Below, in pieces: positions 55,490-64,000 of a DNA stretch of 64,000 bases. Every line of letters starts with the position of its first letter. Within the stretch, counting starts at the first letter, position 1. This DNA comes from Mizuhopecten yessoensis. Its lineage: Eukaryota. The notes beneath the pieces are model-generated. The model was not told the DNA's origin and made no database searches. It saw only the letters and a list, made by a program, of their open reading frames with translations. Location: NCBI RefSeq assembly GCF_002113885.1, contig NW_018404851.1:69113-133112 (forward strand), in the 5' to 3' direction. Position numbers and translations under genes: made by a program.

Positions 55490-57078
55490 GCTTCACATGT
55501 AGCTGTAGGTATATACAGTATTACATGTTTATATTTACACGTGTAGCTGTAGATAATATTATGTACAGTAATACATGTTTATCTTTACACGTGTAGTTGT
55601 AGATATGTACAGTAATACATGTTTATCTTTACACGTTAAGCTGTAGGTATATACAGTAATACATGTTTATATTTACGCGTGTAGCTGTAGATATGTACAG
55701 TAATACATGTTTATCTTTACACGTTAAGCTGTAGGTATATACAGTAAGACATGTTTATATTTACACGTGTAGCTGTAGGTATATACAGTAATACATGTTT
55801 ATATGTACACGTTAAGCTGTAGGTATATACAGTAATACATGTTTATCTGTACACGTGTAGTTGTAGGTATATACAGGAAGACATTTTTATATTTACACGT
55901 GTAGCTGAAGATTAGTAGAATCTATCGCTACTGGTTGTGTAATATAGAGAAACCTCAACCCGAGGACTAAGATTTTTTGTCCAGAACGAGGCTTGCCGTG
56001 TGTACTGTAATAAATGTTAATCTTAACACGTGTAGCTGTAAGTATGTACAGTCATACATGTTTATCTTTACACGTGTAGCTGTAGGAATATTCTGTAATA
56101 CATGTTTATCTTTACACGTGTAGCTGTAGATGTGTACTGTAATAAATGTTAATCTTTACACGTGTAGCTGTAGGTGTGTACTGTAATACATGTTAATCTT
56201 TACACGTGTAGCTGTAGGTATGTACAGTAATACATGTTTATCTTTACATGTTTAGCTGTAGGTGTGTACTGTAATAAATGTTAATTTACACGTGTAGCTG
56301 TAGGTATGTACAGTAATACATGTTTATCTTTACATGTGTAGCTGTAGGTATATACAGTAATACATGTTTATCTTTACACGTGTATCTGTAGGTATATTCT
56401 GTAATACATGTTTATCTTTACACGCGTAGCTGTAGATGTGTACTGTAATAAATGTTAATCTTTACACGTGTAGCAGTAGTTATGTACGTACTGTATCTTT
56501 ACACGTGTAGCTGTAGGTATATTCTGTAATACATGTTTATCTTTACACGCGTAGCTGTAGATGTGTACTGTAATAAATGTTAATCTTTACACGTGTAGCT
56601 GTAGGTATGTACAGTAATACATGTTTATCTTTACACGTGTAGCTGTAGGTGTGTACTGTAATAAATGTTAATCTTTACACGTGTAGCTGTAGTTATGTAC
56701 GTACTGTATCTTTACACGTGTAGCTGTAGGTATATTCTGTAATACATGTTTATCTTTACACGTGTAGCTGTAGATGTGTACTGTAATAAATGTTAATCTT
56801 TACACGTGTAGCTGTAGGTGTGTACTGTAATACATGTTAATCTTTACACGTGTAGCTGTAGGTATGTACGTACTGTATCTTTACACGTGTAGCTGTAGGT
56901 ATGTACAGTTATACATGTTTATCTTTACACGTGTAGCTGTAGGTATATTCTGTAATACATGTTTATCTTTACACGTGTAGCTGTAGGTATGTACAGTAAT
57001 ACATGTTTATCTTTACACGTGTAGTTGTAGGTACATGTATGTACTGTAATAAATGTTTATCTTTACACGTGTAGCTGT
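55490..57078. repeat. 44-bp minisatellite (TTTACACGTGTAGCTGTAGGTATGTACAGTAATACATGTTTATC)n, >30 copies, interrupted at ~55910-55998
   Basis: 44-bp period (e.g. units at 56111 and 56155), with a recurring shorter variant unit. Confidence 0.96.
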
Positions 57079-58340
57079 TCATATATATTGTAATATATCT
57101 TTATCAATTGACCTGTCATAAGTTATTGTTTCTTATATGTTTATTGATTTTGATAAAACTTCATCAGTACCCGTGTAGTTATACGTATTTATTTGATAAT
57201 TGTTTACCGCTACCCTTGTTATTGTTCGCATATAATTCGATATATTTTTATTTGCGACAAATAATGTTTTACGTATTTATCTAAATAATTACAAATGCAA
57301 TTGACTTATATCGATTGTAATATACATGCTTATCGGTACAAGTGTTGTTGTTAATATAAATATTAATTCATATTTTGAAAGTCAAATAACTTATAACGTT
57401 CTTAAAGAAACAAAAACTGCATTTTATGATTGACATGATGCAGACAACCTGTATGCCCTTAAACTGACAATTCAGGTGGGGTCTGTTGCATGCCACTTGA
57501 TATGTTAAATATCGTGTATCTTGTCCTGGTAAATGTAAATGCATTGGTGATGAATCATATACAGGTTACAAGCATGCAGGTGCACACATATTTGCATAGC
57601 AAAAGAATGCAAGTGAATTTCAAACCCTAACGAATATAGTTGTGTAGTATACTCGTAGTCAGTTTAATGGAAATAAATACAATCTCATCTTTATATTTAG
57701 ATATTAAGATATAATTTTAACATAGTGTTTACTCAACAATATGCAAACGGACAAATATTGCGGTGAACTTAACATTGTGTTACGTTACGTGTTTGTTACT
57801 TGCTTTGTCTAATGTGGTTTTTTTTTGGTAATGTACTGTGATAATGATCGTAATACTTTCGTCGACTAAAGCCAAAATGTCATTATATGAAAAAATTGTA
57901 AACCTCCTTATTTTCAAGAATATAGAATTTAGTCAGATTCAGAATGCTATATAAATAATAATCTCAGCATTCGTTCGTGTTACCTCATGAAAGAATAGTC
58001 CTGTTGCAGTAACTTACCACTTTGCATCCGATAAACGTTTATTTTTAGGCTGCGAAAGCTAGGGTGTTAAAAATCGCTTTTTGGAATAAATTCAGTTTTA
58101 AGTGTTGAATCTAGGAAACACATTTTAATAGCATTATCACTATATACGAACTGGAATCGATTCGATCTATTTACAATGTTAGTAAATTTTGATATGAATG
58201 TTATACATTACTGGATCACTCCTATTACACGTATTATCGCTATCGTCGTATTTATTATCGAGGTAACTGCTCTTAACAACAGCTGTCATCAGGTGTCTTT
58301 AGCAATGGTTCCGGGTTAAGCCTCGTTAACTCCAACAGAT

Positions 58341-59130
58341 GTCCTTTATCACAGCCGTGTGTGTAGGCCCTGTAACAATAAGTTATAAATAAACAACGTC
58401 CTTTATCACAGACGTGTGTGCAAACCCCTGTAACAACAAGTTATAAATAAACAACGTCCTTTATCACAGACTTGTGTGTAGGCCCTATAACAACAAGTTT
58501 ATAAATAGACAACGTCCTTTATCACAGACGAGTGTGTAAGCCCTAAAACAACAAGTTATAGATAAACAACGTCCTTTATCACAGACGAGTGTGTAGGACC
58601 TATAACAACAAGTTATAAATAAACAACGTCCTTTATCACAGACGAGTGTGTAGACCCTGTAACAACAAGTTATAAATAAACAACGTCCTTTATCACAGAC
58701 ATTTGTGTAGGACCTATAACAACAAGTTATAAATAAACAACGTCCTTTATCACCGACTTTTGTTTAGGCCCGGTAACAACAAGTTTATAAATAAACAACG
58801 TCCTTTATCACTAACGAGTGTGTAGGCCCTTTAACAACATGATTATATATAAACAACGTCCTTTATCACAGACGTTTATGTAGGCCATGTAACAACAAGT
58901 TTATTAATAAACAACGTCAGTTATCACAGACTTGTGTGTAGGCCCGGTAACAACAGGTTTATAAATAAACAACGTCCTTTATCACAGACTTGTGTGTAGG
59001 CCCGGTAACAACAGGTTTATAAATAAACAACGTCATTTATTTATCACAGACGAGTATGAATAATCAACGTCCAATATCACAAACTTGTGTGAAGGCTCTG
59101 TAACAACAAGTTATAAATAAAACAACGTCC
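58341..59130 (-). repeat. 57-bp minisatellite, ~14 units; each unit = putative 3' splice site + 6 codons + TGA on the gene strand
   Basis: Minus-strand consensus GACGTTGTTTATTTATAACTTGTTGTTAYAG|GGC CTA CAC ACW CGT CTG TGA TAAAG. Confidence 0.92.
58349..58369 (-). CDS. Putative terminal micro-exon of the Hv3-like gene (GLHTRL*), class I PDZ-binding C-terminus
   Basis: Acceptor TTATTGTTACAG; phase 0 matches the donor after ..DLAE. This is the only unit followed by unique, 3'UTR-like sequence, with a minus-strand AATAAA at 58251-58256. Which array unit is actually spliced is unknown. Confidence 0.5.
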   Translation of the reverse strand, partial: GLHTRL

Positions 59131-59538
59131 GATATCTTTATAAACAAGGAATTGTTATAATTCGGGAACAACATAACTAATGCTTCAGTACATGTTGGTT
59201 AGATAGAGTAGTCTGTTTTGAAATAGTGTTGTGTTATGTTATCGCTATAAAGATGTTTCACAGTAATTGTTTGATATTATTTTAGACAGTACAGAACATT
59301 TTGGATCTTATCCGCAATAGTATGTCAGGCGCCGCTTCGTGGATTACTTGTACATAGTGGGATGGATGCAGTAATAACACTTCCTATTCAACTGTCCTTA
59401 TAAGAAATGTTTATAAAAGAAACAGAACATATCAGACATCAAAATTAGACGCATCGCCTTTTGATATATATGAATAAAACACACCATCAATTTTACATCA
59501 CAGAAATAGGCAATGGTATATGAAACAACATCACCAAC

Positions 59539-59876
59539 CTCGGCAAGGTCTGTAGTGTTCATCTGGTCATATCTAGGTGGTTTAGAACTGTTGCTTGTAC
59601 CGTCAAATGTAAATACTCGTGTTCCACTATTAGGACTATCCATAGGATCAGGCGAGAGACTAAAGGTGACAGGTCCTGACAGCTCACTCTCCGACGATAT
59701 GGACCTTAACAACTGTGCAATGCTGTTGGTTCTACCGATCTGTTTGTCTTCTTCCTCCTCCTCTGATGAGGCTTCGTGCAGGTCAGGAACGCTGGTTCCC
59801 ACCGCACCAATCATGGCTAAAGAGGCAAAGCTTGATAGCACCGGAAACAAACTGCTGCTGCGGCGACGCTGCTTCA
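59539..59876 (-). CDS. Hv3-like proton channel, C-terminal low-complexity exon (vKQRRRSSSLFPVLSSFASLAMIGAVG...SEEEEED...KPPRYDQMNTTDLAE)
   Basis: Acceptor CTTGCTGTTTCAG; phase 1 matches the previous exon (G|TG = Val). 112 open codons, GC-rich. The donor GAG|GTTGGT is inferred and weaker; without splicing the frame runs on to a stop at 59398. Confidence 0.8.
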
Positions 59877-59913
59877 CTGAAACAGCAAGGGTACGTGTAA
59901 CCTTGTAGTCATG

Positions 59914-60059
59914 CAATAACCATGACAGAAAAACCTCTCGTTTACAGCCACAATAACTATGACAGAAAAACCTCTCGTTTACAGCCCCAATAACCATGAA
60001 AGAAAAACCTCTCGTTTACAGCCACAATAACCATGACAGATAAACCTCTCGTTTACAGC
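59914..60059. repeat. 37-bp intronic tandem repeat, 4 copies
   Basis: (CAATAACCATGACAGAAAAACCTCTCGTTTACAGCCA)x4. Confidence 0.93.
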
Positions 60060-61839
60060 TACAACTTTTTTCAGTTCAAAAGTCAATGTATATATGTTGT
60101 TGACACTCGATCCCATTAAGGTATAAATCATGGTATAAACAGTGATAAGTCGAGGTAAGATGTGTAACTGACATTGAACTCTAGGTAATTGCATGTATCA
60201 GTCAATCATAATTGTAATCTGTAATTGGCCATATAGTACTTGTCTTGTTTATTCGCGGATGCATGTATTTATGTTTTTGGCCAGTTAGTCCCCCAAAGAC
60301 CATTATAACGAGTTAAGAAATGAACGTAAATCAATTAAATCGATTTAATTGGCGCAAAGTATAAATAATAGTAAGGTTTAAATGGAGACTCTGGAAAGTC
60401 TGCAAAGATAATAAAACCTGGAGCTCCGACAGAATAAGCGTATTCTGCTTCTTTGTAACTCCATATAAATCTTAGTTAATTTACGACATTAAAACCAGGC
60501 CCGGTGAGGGGTTTCAAACACCAAAAATCACACGTATGAGCAATATTAAAAACGACGATTTCCTTATTCCAGAAAACAACAGAATATTCTCAAATATGTT
60601 CCCGATGTTAGCCATATAGTTTACCCATAGTCGTTAATAATCAGAAAATCTTGTAAACCTGTGTCAGAATTAATCGTTATCTGTTAATGCCACGAATCAA
60701 ATCGGTGAACATCGAACCAAACGCATTGTGTAAACACTGTAGGCGGGGAATCAGTAATGCGCTTTATAGAAATAGAACATTTATGTTCGGAAAAAATTTA
60801 TCATACAGCTGATAAGTAACGTGTCCTAGTGTGCCATGTTGTCAGTAAAGACCAGGGTAAGCGGCTGATGTAGAGGTGGTTATGGCCATGTTTTCTGATT
60901 TTCTAAGACACCATATCGTTGGACTCGGCAAGCTCTTTCCTAACCTGTCATAGTAAGATCATCGACAAATTCAGCCTCATTTAAAGACACGGACAATTCG
61001 ACCATACACATAGTCAGGGTTGTTTCTAAGGGTAGCCTTCGTGTAACAATCTGCTGAAAACGTACCTCTGGTATTGGAGCACAAAGTTTGACGGCAAATC
61101 CGACAGTATGTCAAGTTACATGTAAGTGGCATTTCTAGATTATTGCTTAACTTACAATTGCCATAGTTACAGATCATTTGAAAATATAACTAGTTGTAAT
61201 ACAGAGATGCAGAAATATCATTTTGTTTCGTTTTCGTATTGATGACAGAATCAACTCTTACAGTGATACCTCAAGGATAAACTTCACTAGGAAAGCTAGT
61301 CTGGTTTCTCCCATATATCAAGTATCGATACTTAGGTACACCGATATGTCGAACATAGTCAATGTTACATATAGTTTCTAATGTCGGTCTCTGTCATCGT
61401 CTGTGTTACAAACGCGAAATTGTTTATACTTAACCTGTCAGCGGTAACTGTATATATGTCATTCTATTTTAACTGGACATCGTAGGTCAAGTTCTATTTT
61501 TGCCACTGACCACGACGTGACCAGTGAGGGTCATTGTGTATTATACTAAAAGGAAACAGGTAAGCACGCTTCTCTGCCTATTTCTCTGAGGTATTGTTAT
61601 GGTTCTCCTATAATTAGAGGCAATTAATAAAGCATATCAAAATCAGTGTCATAAATTTAGTTATCGTTATATATGGCAATATTTTACATAATATTTTTTT
61701 AAAAATCGGTATTATAACAATGAAGCATAACCGCGACTAAATAAGTGCGCCGTCGCATATGTAGGATAAAACCCCCCAGCCAAATGGAAAATACAACAGC
61801 AGAAAAAAACAACCTATATCATCTTATGAAAACAAGGTA

Positions 61840-62465
61840 TAGATGGTTAACACTACAAACACGACGCTTTCACACAAGAATAATCCTCTTTTACAAAACA
61901 GTTCACCAACTTGTAGCAATAAACCCCGCATCTATACTCACACCCGTAGATCCTCTATACTCACACCCGTAGACCCTCTATACTCACACCCGTAGACCAT
62001 CTATACTCACACCCGTAGACCCTCTATACTCACACCCGTAGACCATCTATACTCACACCCGTAGACCATCTATACTCACACCCGGCCGTAGACCATCTAT
62101 ACTCACACCCGTAGACCATCTATACTCACACCCGTAGACCCTCGAACCAGACATGCACACCCTTATGCATACAAACACATATCTGCTACAAAGGACACCT
62201 ACAAATCTCCTTCCCACATCAGCAGTACAATGCACAACACTCGCGGAGTTCAAGGAACGCATACCCTATGTAGCCCTTGAAGCCCTCATCACACGCTACA
62301 TGTAGCACACATACGCCAGCTTTTAACCGTTCATCGTATACCCTGCAAAAACAACAACTTATATAATCACTGTAAATAATCCAGTTTTTGCATTCCTCTG
62401 TGCACAGGTTTCCAAAGGCATAATCATCAATATGTTGATGGGGCCATTGTACACTAAAGAAGAAT
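61840..62465 (+). mobile_element. 5'-truncated CR1-group (Zenon-like) LINE 3' end, intronic and antisense to the host gene
   Basis: Reads WLTLQTRRFHTRIILFYKTVHQLVAINPASILTPVDP[repeat]RTRHAHPYAYKHISATKDTYK, typical of the CR1/L2-group ORF2 C-terminus. The 3' end has an ATCATCAATATGTTGATG hairpin and a GAAGAA tail. Confidence 0.75.
61932..62143. repeat. 23-bp minisatellite (CTATACTCACACCCGTAGACCMT)n, ~9 copies, expanded inside the LINE fragment
   Basis: 23-bp period; the LINE reading resumes after the array. Confidence 0.93.
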
Positions 62466-62532
62466 AGCGAAAAAAAGTGGTTTTGAAGCGTGTACATTAC
62501 GAACTAAGGGAGACAACTTATATAAGAATTAC

Positions 62533-62611
62533 CTAGTGGAGCACAGGCAATAATCTCCGCCTCGTCGACTGTGTGTTTCCTACAGAGACCCTGCAGTTGT
62601 CTGGCTTCTAC
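62533..62611 (-). CDS. Hv3-like proton channel, coiled-coil exon (VEARQLQGLCRKHTVDEAEIIACAPL)
   Basis: Acceptor TGTTTCACTTAG, donor G|GTAATT. 79 bp, phase 0 to 1, consistent with both neighbours. Confidence 0.88.
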
Positions 62612-62948
62612 CTAAGTGAAACATACAAATGTAGATATTATATTGTGTTCCCTACACAAATCATCTACACGTATATAACATACTGGATACTCCTTTATTG
62701 CGCGTTCGTGAGTATATCCTATGCGCTATAAAGGTACCATGTAGTTGTTCATTTTAACATCTTAACCATAGCTCATACGGTATAAACACAATATAGGTGT
62801 TTTATTTCATTTCGTTATCATAGATCATACGCTATATAAATTCAATATAGGTGTTATTCATTATAAAAAAACACCTTTGTAGTTGTCAGATTTAGTTTGT
62901 GCGTTGAGGCGCATTATTAAACAATGCACGTGAATGGATAATCCTTAC

Positions 62949-63064
62949 CCGATACATATCCCGTTTCCGCTTCAGTGCCCTGGCCACCTTTATGGCGGAT
63001 CGGTACTGCTGTTTGACAACCTTCAACTCAACCATATCCTTTTCCTTGATGACCAAAACGAAAC
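62949..63064 (-). CDS. Hv3-like proton channel, post-S4/coiled-coil exon (sFVLVIKEKDMVELKVVKQQYRSAIKVARALKRKRDMYR)
   Basis: Acceptor TTTTCTGATTGAAAAG, donor CGG|GTAAGG. 116 bp, phase 1 to 0; A|GT gives Ser after WRIIRIVN. Confidence 0.9.
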
Positions 63065-63447
63065 CTTTTCAATCAGAAAAACAGCCAATAACACCGACAG
63101 CAAATCGTAACTATAAACCTGTTTGATCGTATACACACATACCTGACTTGACGTTCATTAAAGTGTTTTGAGTATATATTTTGCAATAATTCCAAATTTG
63201 AGTTAATAGTTATTTTTATAAACACTTTTCCATTAGTAAACGCTTCTAATTAAAACAAACAAATTCAATTACGGAATGTAAACAAACATTTATTGGATGT
63301 CAAAAAAAAAGAAGTAGATAAGAAACAGGGCATACACATTAATATACCAACAAGACGAGGACTCAAATTTAGTTGATTTATTAATTTGAATTTATTTAAG
63401 TGTTTAAATTCCTTGCAGCAATAATCAATATCAATAAAAGTAATTAC

Positions 63448-63586
63448 TATTGACTATCCTGATGATTCTCCACGGTAAGATGATGATGAGGATGGTTGCA
63501 GCTTCGGTGCCCGGATGTGCCCAGATACCTTCCCAAAATGCAACATCGAGACACCAAGAAACGGTGACGACAAACGCGTCAAAAAC
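63448..63586 (-). CDS. Voltage-gated proton channel (Hv/HVCN1-TMEM266 family, Hv3-like) S3-S4 exon (VFDAFVVTVSWCLDVAFWEGIWAHPGTEAATILIIILPWRIIRIVN)
   Basis: S3 has two Asp 11 residues apart (human Hv1 D174/D185 equivalents). S4 has WRxxRxxN (W207/R208/R211/N214 equivalents). Acceptor ..TTTGAAG, donor A|GTAATT, 139 bp. The S1-S2 exons lie beyond the window. Confidence 0.92.
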
Positions 63587-64000
63587 CTTCAAATTTAAAA
63601 TACATAACGTTAGTTGATTTTAATAGCAAGCGAGAAAAAGTTAAATCTGGGCTTATCCTTTCATCAGTAGATCAAAAGCGAATAACGATTTTCTTTAATT
63701 CTCTGTAGGAACATTCTTGACAGACAACAAGCGAGAAAATTTAAAGATGTGAGCAAGGTGACCCAATTGGAAATCAGCTTTCTAGGGTATTGGTAGGCTA
63801 TCCCAGGGTAAGGCAAACTACGTAGATTATAGATATCAACTTTGTTAACTACCTACTTAAATCAATTGTTTTGTTGTGTATGCCTTTTCCTGAATAAACA
63901 TCATTACTATTATAAGCATGAGAAAACAACATCAAATACGAAAAATCAAGTACAAATGGGTTAGCTATGATTTGATAGAGATGTTAAAGATCTATAAAAC

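Noticed and set aside
58341-59130. CRISPR-like appearance (constant part plus variable part) of this and other arrays
   Set aside because: The variable parts are homologous point variants, not unique spacers. The context is eukaryotic and there are no cas genes.
59513-59908. 131-aa plus-strand ORF
   Set aside because: Antisense shadow of the real minus-strand exon.
59398-59997. 199-aa ORF as a stand-alone gene
   Set aside because: Its N-terminal part is the intronic 37-bp repeat and its last ~46 codons look intronic. Only 59876-59539 is treated as exon.

Overview
AT-rich, repeat-dense eukaryotic genomic DNA. The SINE, LINE and MITE families and the gene type point to a bivalve mollusc (inference). 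One host gene is well supported: the 3' half of a minus-strand voltage-gated proton-channel (Hv)-family gene, with exons at 63586-63448, 63064-62949, 62611-62533 and 59876-59539. The first three splice junctions are phase-consistent GT-AG. Its S4 helix reads LPWRIIRIVN, so it lacks the first gating arginine, as in molluscan Hv3-type channels. The most unusual feature is just downstream: a 57-bp minisatellite (58341-59130) whose unit, read on the gene strand, is a splice acceptor + 6 codons + stop (GLHTRL*, GLHTSL*, VLHTRL*, SLHTSL*, VLHKCL*...). This looks like a tandemly amplified terminal micro-exon encoding a class I PDZ-binding motif. The rest of the window holds a ~4.9-kb inverted duplication with minisatellite-capped ends, hAT-, EnSpm- and Harbinger-like non-autonomous elements, V-domain tRNA SINEs, RTE-X, CR1 and Penelope fragments, about a dozen minisatellites and one N gap. 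Nearly all ORFs in the supplied track are spurious. All coordinates and translations were read by eye, with no database searches.
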